DNA of 61,091 nt, counting the filler. It is 5 parts of 5 records of this genome, joined end to end, with 100 filler letters (N's around TTAATTAATTAA, not from the genome) between each part and the next. Parts side by side here need not be neighbours in the genome. Positions count along the whole stretch, not along the records: positions 27,894 to 40,513 come from SRR31147125_12926; positions 40,614 to 53,945 come from SRR31147125_12941; 3 more parts are not named here. One strand, written 5' to 3'. The notes under the pieces were generated by a model, which saw nothing but the letters and a program-made list of their open reading frames with translations, did not search any database and was not told the origin of the DNA. Positions 32,534-42,884 of this stretch are shown here, in pieces; within the stretch, counting starts at the first letter, position 1, and every line of letters starts with the position of its first letter. The translations under genes were made by a program, and so were the position numbers.

Positions 32534-32704
32534 AACAAAAATCCATTCCTTTCGCTATAACCAATTATAACTTCAAAGTCACAATTAGTCATGAAAATAA
32601 AGTTATTTTCGTTAAACACCAAAAACAAAACTCATATAATCATAGCATACATATATCATATCTTACAATTTGCATGCTAATTATCTACAAAGTTACTCTT
32701 CGCA

Positions 32705-33163
32705 TTATTCCACATGCGTAGCCAAGACACTATCAATATCAATAATCATAACAATATCGTCATCAACTTTCCCCATGCCAAGCAACGCATTTTCATCAAC
32801 TATGGTACCATACTCCGGAACCTCTTCAACATCTTCGCTTGCAATATCCAAAACTTCTTTAACATCATCAACTATAACGCCACTAGCTTTCACACCAGAT
32901 TCCGTCTCTTGCTCTACAATAATTATTGATGTTAAATCATCGTATTCCTTTTCTTCAATACCCAATTTAAGCCTTAAATCAATAGTACGAATAACTTTAC
33001 CTCTAAGGTTTATAACCCCTTTAATATACTTAGGAGCTCTTGGCACTTTTGTTATGTGTATCATATTAATGATTTCTTTTACTCTTTCAATAGAAACAGC
33101 ATATTGCTCATCACATAAAACAAATGATAAGTATCTATCCTTTTTTATATTGTTTTCAGCCAT
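32705..33163 (-). CDS. cheW: Chemotaxis coupling protein
   Basis: ITKVPRAPKYIKGVINLRGKV and GVIVDDV motifs. Confidence 0.95.
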   Translation of the reverse strand: MAENNIKKDRYLSFVLCDEQYAVSIERVKEIINMIHITKVPRAPKYIKGVINLRGKVIRTIDLRLKLGIEEKEYDDLTSIIIVEQETESGVKASGVIVDDVKEVLDIASEDVEEVPEYGTIVDENALLGMGKVDDDIVMIIDIDSVLATHVE

Positions 33164-33397
33164 TCTTCATCCACCTCCATTTAATCCCCACATTACTTCT
33201 TTATATCAACAACAGGATAACCATCGTAACGATTACCCCATTGTGATACTATTTTCAAAGTGTAAAATCTAACACAAGCACAAAGCATTGACTTAAAACT
33301 ATCTACAATCAAATTACACTATAGCCTGTATAATAATTGTAATTTTTGTATAGGTATATCTAGCCAAAAATACTTTAGCCTATTTAAAAACAAGTAT

Positions 33398-33874
33398 TTA
33401 TTTTTCTTTAACTCTCTCAAGCTGCTTTAATTCACCAGAAGAAAGGATTTTATTTACATTCAAAAGCATAATAACTTTATCTTCTGCTTTGCCCATACCC
33501 ATAAGAAAATCTTGGTCTACATCTTGACCATATTGTGGTGGCGGTTCAATATTATCGGGTATTATATCCAAAACTTCTGAAACGACATCAACTATTATAC
33601 CGCTCGCCTTAATACCTTTGCTTGTTTCAATCTCAACAACAATAGTAGAAGTCTTTTCATCATACTCTCGCTTGTCAAGCCCAAATTTCAGCCTCAAATC
33701 AATAACAGGTATGATTTTCCCTCTTAAATTAACAACACCTTTAATAAACTTAGGCAACCTAGGCACATGGGTCATCTCTAACATACCTATGATTTCTCTT
33801 ACCTTTAAAATTGGTATTGCGTAATGTTCCTCACCTAACTCGAAAGTTAAATATTTGTTATTTTGTTTTTCCAA
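33398..33874 (-). CDS. cheW: Chemotaxis coupling protein (TTG start)
   Basis: KYLTF, VREIIG, GVVNLRGKIIPVIDLR and IEPPP motifs. Confidence 0.95.
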   Translation of the reverse strand: MEKQNNKYLTFELGEEHYAIPILKVREIIGMLEMTHVPRLPKFIKGVVNLRGKIIPVIDLRLKFGLDKREYDEKTSTIVVEIETSKGIKASGIIVDVVSEVLDIIPDNIEPPPQYGQDVDQDFLMGMGKAEDKVIMLLNVNKILSSGELKQLERVKEK

Positions 33875-34038
33875 AATATCACCACCGTTTTATTTTTTTA
33901 AAGGCTAATATAATGCAATTTTATGCAGTGCAATATTCTTTATTCGCCTTATAATATTTAAAAATTATTGTTTATATAAACAATATTATTAAATCATAAC
34001 ATTAAGTGCAAGTAAAATTTTCAAAAATGATCATTATT

Positions 34039-35973
34039 TTAAAACTCATCACTTGAATTCAGTGGTATTATTTCATCCAGCATTTTGTCCTTATCTTGTT
34101 CTTCGCCTTCAAAAACAATAGCCTCAGCCACTTCTTCACTTATATTTTCCGCTGTCGCATTTGTATCTCGAGTTTTTTTACTGACAAGCTTTTTAAATAG
34201 TTTGCTTTCAAATTTAAAGCCTTCAGAATCACCGTTAACCAACTTGTTTAACTCTTTAACAGCTTTTTCTAACGAAGTAGCTTGTGTTTGCATTTCGTTT
34301 GCAGAAGTCGCACTCTGTTCTGCTGTATTTACATTCGACTGAACAACCTTTTCCATTTGACCAATAGCCGTTGTTATTTGCTCGATACCCTTAGATTGCT
34401 CATCACTTGCTACCGTAATCTCACTCATTAACTGATTAACATCTTCTATCTTTGTTATAATTACTTTTAATGCATCGCTAACTTCATCACTCATAACAAC
34501 GCCTTGCTCAGATAATTCGATATTTCTATCGATTATTGCACTTGTATTCTTAGCAGCATCTGCACTCTTTTGTGCTAAATTTCTAACTTCCTGCGCAACA
34601 ACAGCAAACCCAAGCCCTGCGTCACCTGCTCTCGCAGCCTCAACAGCCGCGTTTAGAGCAAGCATGTTTGTTTGAAAAGCAATATCATCTATAACTTTTA
34701 TTATCTTCGAAATTTCTAAACTAGATGCTTTTAACTCATCCATAGATTCATTCATTTCCTTAACTTTAACAGATCCTTGAACTGCAGCTTGGCTGGCGTT
34801 TTCTGATAATTCGTTTGCTTGTTTTGTATTTTGAGCATTTTGCCTTACCATAGAGGATGTTTCATCCATAGTAGCAGATGTTTCTTCTATCGAAGCAGCC
34901 TGCTCTGTTGCACCTTCCGACAACTGATGCCCCGCACTAGCAAATTGATCTGATGTTACAGAAACTTGTTTCGAACCAGTACTGATTGTTTCTATGAACG
35001 AAACTAAGGTTGTGGATATTTTATTTAAAGAACCCATAACAAAAACACCAGCTATTAAGGATAAAACAATAGCTAATAAGATATAAATTGTTGACGTCTT
35101 AGTCTTATTCTCTGCCTCATCCGATAACTCTTCAAGCATCATGTTTTCATAAGCCTTAAACACAGAAGTTTTAGCTACAATTTCTTCCATGGTTGTTTTA
35201 CCAATATCTTTTTCCATTTCTGCAAAAAGATCATCTTCAGATTTATAACTCATCGACTTTTGTTTCAAGTCTATTTGCGAAAATGCAACGTTGTTCATCC
35301 AATCCTTAGAGACTTCTGTTAATTCTTCATCACCTATTCTATTAAGGCTAATTAGAGTTTCTTCTCTTCCTTCCACATAAGGTTCAAGAAAACTTTCATC
35401 TCCTGTTAACAAGTAGCCACGCATTCCTGTTTGCATACTTGCTAATGAGTATAGAATTTCATCTCTTAATTCGATATCGACTATTTTTTTTGCTTGTGCG
35501 ACAGCCAAATCCATTTTAGTCTTATCTGCTTTAGATGCAATTAATTCGTTTAACTCTGTTACAATCTTATTACTTTCGATGATTTCTTTTTGGATCATCA
35601 AATATTTGTCTGCGGCTTCTGCGTGCCATTTATCAGACTGTAGTTTAATATCCTCAAGTTTTTTCGTCTGAGATTCATCATCAGCAACAGTCTCTTCAAG
35701 ATTGCTCATTCTAGTGTCAAATTCTAAAGTAGCGTTATTAAATGCTACTTTATACTCTTGATTTGAAGTTGCCAAGTATCCTCTAAGTGCAGCTTCTTGT
35801 TCTATCATACTTAGAACAAGCTGTTCAGCATCACTAATAATTCCTTGAGCTTCATTTATCTTCACAGTGTTTTTGTTAAGACTCGAAATATTAAGAAAAA
35901 GTGTAAACGATAATGCAAGCATAATAATTAAAGTGCAAGCATATAGTATAATTAATTTAATTTTAATGTTCAT
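34039..35973 (-). CDS. Methyl-accepting chemotaxis protein with a CHASE3-type sensor
   Basis: Two TM helices, two RGYL(A/L)T CHASE3 motifs, and [20 protein letters not shown]. Confidence 0.95.
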   Translation of the reverse strand: MNIKIKLIILYACTLIIMLALSFTLFLNISSLNKNTVKINEAQGIISDAEQLVLSMIEQEAALRGYLATSNQEYKVAFNNATLEFDTRMSNLEETVADDESQTKKLEDIKLQSDKWHAEAADKYLMIQKEIIESNKIVTELNELIASKADKTKMDLAVAQAKKIVDIELRDEILYSLASMQTGMRGYLLTGDESFLEPYVEGREETLISLNRIGDEELTEVSKDWMNNVAFSQIDLKQKSMSYKSEDDLFAEMEKDIGKTTMEEIVAKTSVFKAYENMMLEELSDEAENKTKTSTIYILLAIVLSLIAGVFVMGSLNKISTTLVSFIETISTGSKQVSVTSDQFASAGHQLSEGATEQAASIEETSATMDETSSMVRQNAQNTKQANELSENASQAAVQGSVKVKEMNESMDELKASSLEISKIIKVIDDIAFQTNMLALNAAVEAARAGDAGLGFAVVAQEVRNLAQKSADAAKNTSAIIDRNIELSEQGVVMSDEVSDALKVIITKIEDVNQLMSEITVASDEQSKGIEQITTAIGQMEKVVQSNVNTAEQSATSANEMQTQATSLEKAVKELNKLVNGDSEGFKFESKLFKKLVSKKTRDTNATAENISEEVAEAIVFEGEEQDKDKMLDEIIPLNSSDEF

Positions 35974-36006
35974 ATTAGGCCTCTCTTAATCTATCAATAC
36001 AATCCG

Positions 36007-36453
36007 CTATTTGTTGTCTGATAAGACTTTATCAACATCCAAAACTATAATAGCATCATCTTGTAGTTTTCCTATACCGTATATAAAACTAGAATCAATC
36101 TTCGACTTTTTGCCAGAAGCTTTTTCAATGTTTTGATCATCAATCTCTATAACTTCATGAACAGTATCTACAATTATTCCATTAAGGCTCAGTTCATCTT
36201 CATCCCCAAACTCTACAATAATAATTGATGTCCTTTCATTATAAGCAATCTGTTCATAATCCAGACGAAGTCGTAAATCCATTATTGGAATAATTTTTCC
36301 TCTAAGATTAATGATACCATTCATATACTTTGGTAATTTGGGAACTCGAATTATTTCCATCATACCAATAATCTCTTTTGCTTGTAATATTGGGATACCA
36401 AAAGTTTCATCTCCAATATTAAATGTTAGAAACATATTGTTTTTTTTCGCCAT
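36007..36453 (-). CDS. cheW: Chemotaxis coupling protein
   Basis: GIINLRGKIIPIMDLR and GIIVDTV motifs. Confidence 0.95.
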   Translation of the reverse strand: MAKKNNMFLTFNIGDETFGIPILQAKEIIGMMEIIRVPKLPKYMNGIINLRGKIIPIMDLRLRLDYEQIAYNERTSIIIVEFGDEDELSLNGIIVDTVHEVIEIDDQNIEKASGKKSKIDSSFIYGIGKLQDDAIIVLDVDKVLSDNK

Positions 36454-36548
36454 ACCTTCACCACCGATACTTTGTTTTTTTGTATTGTTTATGTCTACTA
36501 TTTTATTGTATATAGTAGAAACTATTTATTCATAATATTATTTGATTA

Positions 36549-38702
36549 TTAATAATCACTATCTGAGTCTAGTGGAATAACTTCATCTGCCTTCACTTCA
36601 ATTGCTTCTACATCCACCTGCTGATCTAGTTTTTCTTCATCAGCGCTTCCTTTATTAAAATCCTCTTTTGCTTTATCCTTCTTTTGCTTTTTTATTTTTT
36701 CCCATACTTCGCTTAATTTCCAACGCCTAGACTTTTTTTGTCTATTTTTATTGTTTTTTTCTTTACGTACTTTTATTTTCCTCGCTTTTTCCTTAACCTC
36801 TTTTTTTACAGTCTCTCTTTCCTTTTCCAAAACCTCTTTCAAGTCCGATTTAGTCGCACCCTTAACAAGCTTGTCCAATTCTCCAACAACATATTTAAGC
36901 TGAGAAGCTTGACTGTTAAGATTTGTTGCTGCCGCCGAACTCTCCTCTGCCGCTCCTGCATTTGATTGTACAACTATCTCCATTTGCTCAATAGCTTTTG
37001 CTATCTGCTCAGTACCCTTAGTTTGTTCGTCACTAGCAGCCGATATCTCACTCATTAGGTGGTTAACGTCATTTGCTTTTTCAATGATTAAACTTAAAGC
37101 CTCATTAACTTCATCGCTAATCAAAACTCCCTGCTCTGACAATTTAATGTTTTTGTCTACAATGCTCTCTGTTTCACTTGCCGCTTCTGCGCTCTTTTGA
37201 GCCAGTCTTCTAACTTCCTGCGCAACAACAGCAAATCCAAGCCCTGCATCACCTGCTCTTGCAGCCTCAACAGCTGCATTTAAAGCCAGCATATTTGTTT
37301 GGAAGGATATATCATCAATTACTTTTATTATTTTAGAAATTTCCACACTGGATTTTTTAAGCTGCGCCATAGATTCAATCATCTTATCCATTTTTGCAGC
37401 ACCATCTTTTGCAGCAGCAGTAGTCTGCTCAGATAAATCGTTTGCTTGGTGTGTATTCTTCGCATTTTGTCTTATCATAGAAGCCGTTTCTTCCATTGTC
37501 GCAGACGTCTCTTCTATCGAGGCAGCTTGTTCTGCTGAACCTTCTGATAATTGATGGCTAGAGCTTGCTAGCTGTGCAGATGCACTGGATACATTTTCTG
37601 ACGAAACAGAAAGCGTATTTACATTTTTGGAGATAAGCTTAGCTATCGATCTTGAAATTATTATTACTAATAACACACCTAAAAGCACACTTGCCACACC
37701 TAAAGCTATGGCCATTACAAATGCCCTTACTATGTCGTTATTCATCTTTTCTTGCTGAGCTAGCGCCATTGTGTTTGACTTTTCCACAATTTCATCAGCC
37801 AACACATTAAGATACGCTTTTTCCTCGATTTGACTGTTTCTTAGGTCTTTAAACTTTTGGTATGCAGATAAGTAATCGTTAATATACGTGCTCACCATTT
37901 GTATAGAGCTTCGGTCTTCTTTTGCCTCTAAGTTAAAACCAAGCCACATGCACAATTCTCTTAATTCTTTTGCTTTTTCAGATAATTCCTCATCATACTT
38001 TTGTTCGCCAGTAAACCAGAAATTAAGTTCTGCCAGCATAATTTCTTGAGCTAAAACGACAGCATCACTATTTGCAACAACTTCATCGTATTCAACATTC
38101 ATAGTCGTTGCCATAAGTTCACCATCAAAAAATTCCGTTTTGCTTTTTTCAACCATTTCCTCGCTGAATTCTGTAAAATTCTTTTTCTGTCGTTTTTCTA
38201 CCGCTTCTAATTCTTCCTGAATAAGATATATATTTTTCTCCATCGCTGCAAAATAATCGTCATTTATATTCATATACGATTTGTATTTCGTGAATGATTC
38301 TTTATACCCAAAAAGACTAAGGCTCATTTCGGAAACTTCTGTTTTGTCAGCTTGAGAATCAAATAGTGAAAGCCCTTCATTTAATGCTTTTGCAGCTTGA
38401 GCAGTATATTTTTCTGCATTTTCGGCCGAAACCTCATCGCGAGTGTCAAAATAATCCATTGTCCATTTATTAACAAGCATGACATTTTGATTTATTAAGA
38501 TAACATTCTCTAAGCGTGCTTTACTATCTTTTATTTTTTTTAGTGTAGCCACTTCTAATGATACAACAGTAATTAACAAGACCAAAATAATAGAAAAACT
38601 AATAAAGAGTCTGGTTAAAAGCTTCATATCCCTTATTTTTCTGGAGAAACTAAAGCTTTTTAAACTCTTAAAATTTGTCTTTTTCACGTTACCTACCTCC
38701 AA
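36549..38702 (-). CDS. Methyl-accepting chemotaxis protein with a large helical sensor domain
   Basis: Two TM helices, [20 protein letters not shown], and a long Lys-rich C-terminal tail. Confidence 0.95.
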   Translation of the reverse strand: MEVGNVKKTNFKSLKSFSFSRKIRDMKLLTRLFISFSIILVLLITVVSLEVATLKKIKDSKARLENVILINQNVMLVNKWTMDYFDTRDEVSAENAEKYTAQAAKALNEGLSLFDSQADKTEVSEMSLSLFGYKESFTKYKSYMNINDDYFAAMEKNIYLIQEELEAVEKRQKKNFTEFSEEMVEKSKTEFFDGELMATTMNVEYDEVVANSDAVVLAQEIMLAELNFWFTGEQKYDEELSEKAKELRELCMWLGFNLEAKEDRSSIQMVSTYINDYLSAYQKFKDLRNSQIEEKAYLNVLADEIVEKSNTMALAQQEKMNNDIVRAFVMAIALGVASVLLGVLLVIIISRSIAKLISKNVNTLSVSSENVSSASAQLASSSHQLSEGSAEQAASIEETSATMEETASMIRQNAKNTHQANDLSEQTTAAAKDGAAKMDKMIESMAQLKKSSVEISKIIKVIDDISFQTNMLALNAAVEAARAGDAGLGFAVVAQEVRRLAQKSAEAASETESIVDKNIKLSEQGVLISDEVNEALSLIIEKANDVNHLMSEISAASDEQTKGTEQIAKAIEQMEIVVQSNAGAAEESSAAATNLNSQASQLKYVVGELDKLVKGATKSDLKEVLEKERETVKKEVKEKARKIKVRKEKNNKNRQKKSRRWKLSEVWEKIKKQKKDKAKEDFNKGSADEEKLDQQVDVEAIEVKADEVIPLDSDSDY

Positions 38703-38720
38703 ATAATGTGTTTTATTTAT

Positions 38721-38746
38721 ATATCGTCAGATAGCAACTTTATTTA
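38721..38746 (-). promoter_or_regulatory. Possible sigma-28 promoter of the MCP/cheW unit
   Basis: TAAA-N14-GACGATAT. Confidence 0.45.
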
Positions 38747-39101
38747 CAAAAACATAAATAGATCAACACTATATTTATTATATATAGTGTACGGGTAAAC
38801 CTGATAAATTTCTTATTTTTATCAAAAAACATATATTAAAGTATTGTACATTTATTCGTTTGAAAATCTCTTAGTATTTCGAATCATATTTTAATTCGCT
38901 TGTTAATTCATTGTTAATATTCGTCATTTAATTATAGACTATTTCGTAAATTTAGTCTACGAATTTTACTGATTTTTGCATAAATTTAGAACTTTTTAGT
39001 ATATATATTTATATATATCCATAACTATTATCGTTAATACCATCTATAACTTTATACCATATGAGATATTTTTAGTAAAAATACAATAATCCATATGTTT
39101 T

Positions 39102-40433
39102 TTATAGTATTACCTTCCCTGTTATCGCCTCGTATATAATACTGTTTTTATATTCTAATAATTTAGTTATAATACTGTTCTTTTTGTCTAATATAGTATC
39201 TATTTTCGTAAGTTTCACTTGTAAAAACTCAACAATTTCACGTTGTTGTTTTATCGGAGGTATCGGAACGTCTATATCGCCAACCTGTTCAAAATTTAAA
39301 CTCGCACGGTTTGTACCATCTCTAATTTGAAAAAGTGCATTTTGTCCTATCTTTGATGATAGAACATACTGCAAATATTGGCTATCTACGCTTTCATTTA
39401 AAGGTCTTATAATACATACATGTTGACTAACATTTGCGTGAGTGTCATCTAGATATACTGCGCATCTGCCAAGAGAACCGCCTGTTATATTAAGCAATAC
39501 ATCACCTTTATATACTCTGCTGTTTTTCATACTTTCATCTAAAGATTCGCTTATATATGTTTTTCTTTTTATATCTATTGCTCCTCTTAAAATATTTTGG
39601 CACCTCAAAAACAAAATCCCTTTTTTAGAATAAGCATCCTCTCCTCCACGCGGAGTTTTGCCACCGCCTATTTTACTTGCTATATATCTTATTTTGCTTA
39701 TATTCCAATCGATCGAAATATTGCCAATAAAGTCAGCACCACTCGGTATCGTTTCGTTCCCACTTTTTAATCCTTTGGTCAATATCTTTTGTAAAAAAGA
39801 TTCCCTATACTCCTCTATCTTTTTTATTGTTTGCTTTTGTTTTTTTATAGAATCATCAATTTGTCTATCTATGTTATCCAAATAATCAGCAATGGATTTT
39901 TGTTTTTCTAAGGCAAACATCGGTACTACAAAATCGCTTATCTGAGCAAAAGAAATACCATTTCGGTTAACCCCATCTTTACAGGTGTTTGTATAATTTT
40001 TACAGATGTCAGAAATCAAAACATAATAGAGATACTTATTGTAGACTAACTTTTCATTGCATCTTATGATACATACGTGCTGATTCACATTTGCACTGCA
40101 GTCCATATCAAAAACACATGCCCTGCCAATAGAGCTACCTGTTATGTTAAATAAAATATCACCCTTGCATAATCTACTGCTTTTAAGTGAATGATCTATT
40201 TCTTCCGATATATAAACCGCATTGTCTAAAAACAAGCCGTAATCAAATATATTCTGGCTTCGTAAAAACAATACGCCTTCATTTTGATATACACTCATGC
40301 CACCTTTTGGTGTTTTACCACTGCCTATTTTTTTTGTAATGTGTTTTAATTTTTTAAGTTTGCATCCAAAAGCTACATTCCCAATCCACGCAATCCCACT
40401 ATCGTAGAGTTCGGCCCTTTCAGTTGTCCTCAA
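39102..40433 (-). CDS. hsdS: Type I restriction-modification specificity subunit
   Basis: TRD-helix-TRD-helix layout; DSGIAWIG, KQ..IADYLD, TKGL, PPI..Q.EIV.FL and EAITGK motifs. Confidence 0.93.
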   Translation of the reverse strand: MRTTERAELYDSGIAWIGNVAFGCKLKKLKHITKKIGSGKTPKGGMSVYQNEGVLFLRSQNIFDYGLFLDNAVYISEEIDHSLKSSRLCKGDILFNITGSSIGRACVFDMDCSANVNQHVCIIRCNEKLVYNKYLYYVLISDICKNYTNTCKDGVNRNGISFAQISDFVVPMFALEKQKSIADYLDNIDRQIDDSIKKQKQTIKKIEEYRESFLQKILTKGLKSGNETIPSGADFIGNISIDWNISKIRYIASKIGGGKTPRGGEDAYSKKGILFLRCQNILRGAIDIKRKTYISESLDESMKNSRVYKGDVLLNITGGSLGRCAVYLDDTHANVSQHVCIIRPLNESVDSQYLQYVLSSKIGQNALFQIRDGTNRASLNFEQVGDIDVPIPPIKQQREIVEFLQVKLTKIDTILDKKNSIITKLLEYKNSIIYEAITGKVIL

Positions 40434-40513
40434 CTTTCAAATACCTCCTTTAGCATATATGATAGTTCAGATTCTAACTTTTCGATCTCGGATAATACTT
40501 CGTTAGAATCTCT
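40430..40513 (-). CDS. hsdM: Type I R-M methyltransferase, C-terminal end
   Basis: RDSNEVLSEIEKLESELSYMLKEVFES*; the stop overlaps the hsdS TTG start. Confidence 0.7.
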   Translation of the reverse strand, partial: RDSNEVLSEIEKLESELSYMLKEVFES

Positions 40514-40613
40514 NNNNNNNNNNNNNNNNNNNNNNNNNNNNNNNNNNNNNNNNNNNNTTAATTAATTAANNNNNNNNNNNNNNNNNNNNNNNNNNNNNNN
40601 NNNNNNNNNNNNN
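40514..40613. other. Artificial contig spacer
   Basis: N44-TTAATTAATTAA-N44. Confidence 0.99.
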
Positions 40614-40658
40614 AAAATTTAATGATTTTTAATCACTTTTTGTCGAAAAGGCATAATA

Positions 40659-42012
40659 TTATGCCAACTTGTTTCTGTTTTCATATATTTTTGTGATTGC
40701 TGCAATAATATCATCCATATCCTTTTTGTTTCCAAGCAGTGTTTGCTGGGAAAACCAGACGGATTCTGTGATCAGTTTTTCATTTTCCGGGCAATCCAGA
40801 TTTTTTCGATACGTTGATAATTGTTCTTGTGAATAGATCTTTTGAAAAGCGGGTGAATCTAGTGTGTCCTCGATAAAAAGTTCTTTATTGAGAGCTGTTC
40901 CATATCCTTTGGAACATGATATGCCCTCAGCCCGCAATGCTTTGATAAAGTTATCACGCGGTATATTGTTAAAATGCTCTTTATTATAGCGCATCGCATA
41001 CAAATGATAAGCGGAACGTGTTGTGCCTTTATAAAATTTTTGTGGATTTATTCCGGGAATCTGTTTCAGGTGATCCGTTAGATAGGATCCGTTTTCATTT
41101 CTTATTCTGGCCTGCTCTTCTGCCCGTTCCATCTGGGAAAGCATAATAGCCGCCTGAAAAGCAGTCATTCTATATTTCGTTCCTAATCTGACATAACCAC
41201 TCACATTTAATTCACTACCGGCAGCACGGCCAAAGTTATGAAAGGAGAAACATCTGTCCATCAGGTCTTTGTCTTCTCCGATAATGGCGCCTCCTTCTCC
41301 ACAATTGATGTTTTTGGAACCCTGAAAACTGAAACAGCCAAGATCGCCAAAATTTCCCAGTTTTTTATTTTCCCACTCTCCCATATGTGCCTGACAGGCA
41401 TCTTCAACAATTTTGAGATTGTGTTTTTTTGCAATGGCCTGGATTTTATCTATATGCACAGGTGCACCCAGAATATCCACCGGCATGATCGCTTTTGTAT
41501 GTTTTGTGATTTTGGCTTCAATTTTTGCGGGATCCAATTGATAGGTCTCGGGATCAACATCGACAAAAACAGGTAATGCGTTACACAAAAAGATGGCATC
41601 AGCAGAGGCAACAAAGGTATAGACAGACACCAGCACTTCATCTCCGGCACCTATACCCAGACTGTATAATGAGGTGTGTAATGCCTGAGTTCCGGATTGT
41701 GTGCCAAGGCAATATTTTGCACCCATTAAATCCGCGAATTTTTCTTCAAATGTGGTAACGGTTTTACCTCCAAAGCGACCCCATTGACCGCTGTTTAAGG
41801 CCTTTAATAACGCGGTTTCATCTTTTTTATCCCATACAGGCCAGGAGGGAAACGATTTTTTTCTGACAGGTTCTCCGCCAAGAATGGCCAACTTTTGAAC
41901 TCGCCTGGAATTTTGCAGTGGAGCTGGAAAAAGCTTTTGATGTGACAGCTGCCATGGTACCAACAGACGCTGTAGCCAAAAATTGCCGTCTGCTAAAGTC
42001 TTTTTGTGTCAT
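40659..42012 (-). CDS. DegT/DnrJ/EryC1/StrS PLP aminotransferase with a Tat signal peptide (frameshift at about 41895)
   Basis: MTQKDFSRRQFLATA twin-arginine leader with a GGAGG RBS; SGTQAL, EDACQAH and FSFQGSKNINCGEGG motifs. Confidence 0.9.
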
Positions 42013-42239
42013 GAAGTGACCTCCCGGATATTGAAAAAAATAATTGCTTTAATGATAATATTTCAAAAATGAGATTATATTAGGATACATAATAAATAAT
42101 TATATGTCAAGAATATTCAGACTTTAAAAAAGGGGAAAAATTTGATAAGAAACATGATTTTTGAAATCTTGGCTCGCACACGACTGTTTCATTTAGTGTA
42201 GCTTAATTCTGGTTTTTTAAATTAAAAATTCAATTTTAC

Positions 42240-42268
42240 TTGACATTTTTCAACAAGTTGAGTAATAT
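42240..42268 (+). promoter_or_regulatory. sigma-70-type promoter for the kor/hdr operon
   Basis: TTGACA-N17-TAATAT. A divergent TTGACA at 42110-42105 would serve degT. Confidence 0.55.
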
Positions 42269-42403
42269 AAAAAGAACAAGTTATCCCTATCTTTTATATG
42301 AAACTCTATTGTTACATAAAATACCATAGAATGTCTTATCCGCAAAACAATTCTTTATTCCTGCGGGAGATGATATACGAGAGAAAATGTAAAGATTAAA
42401 AAG

Positions 42404-42572
42404 TAAGCGATCGGTCCACAGCCTTGAGTCTTGTGACTATCAAGCTCTGTAAATGGCACTGAAATTCGGATGGATTACTTTTAAAAGAATGAAAAGAGTC
42501 GGAACTGGTGATTAGAGCCGGGCTGCGTTATCTGTCAGATCAATGATAGGTTTAGTGGACCGGCTTTTTTTG
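42404..42572 (+). ncRNA. Candidate structured 5' leader RNA or attenuator (unassigned family)
   Basis: TCGGTCCAC/GTGGACCGG closing stem, internal hairpins, and an alternative AGAGCCGG/CCGGCTTT stem followed by T7. Confidence 0.5.
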
Positions 42573-42597
42573 TTTCTATTAATAATTGGAGATAGAG

Positions 42598-42882
42598 ATG
42601 AAATTTTGGCGAAAACCTTTTGATGCCGATACTATTAAAATTCCACATGGAGAATTACACATCATTAAAGATAGATGTAAAGGGTGTGGGTTTTGTGTCA
42701 CCTATTGTCCGAAAAGTGTTCTGGAAATGTCCGATGAATTTAACAGCAAGGGGTATCATCCTCCCAGGATTATTGATGAAAATCAGTGTGTTAATTGTGA
42801 CCTGTGCGAAATGATTTGTCCTGAATTTGCAATTTTTAGCATAAGAAAAGAAGAACCGGACACACAAAATGTGGAGTTGTAA
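42598..42882 (+). CDS. korD: 2-oxoacid:ferredoxin oxidoreductase delta subunit (2x[4Fe-4S])
   Basis: CKGCGFCVTYCP, NSKGYHPP and CVNCDLCEMICPEFAI motifs. Confidence 0.9.
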   Translation: MKFWRKPFDADTIKIPHGELHIIKDRCKGCGFCVTYCPKSVLEMSDEFNSKGYHPPRIIDENQCVNCDLCEMICPEFAIFSIRKEEPDTQNVEL

Positions 42883-42884
42883 AC

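Noticed and set aside
42404-42572. Assignment of the leader as 6S RNA or an FMN, cobalamin, SAM or lysine riboswitch
   Set aside because: Only short fragments resemble these families (CTGTAA, GCACTG, TGAAATTC) and the core conserved blocks are missing, so it is kept as unassigned.
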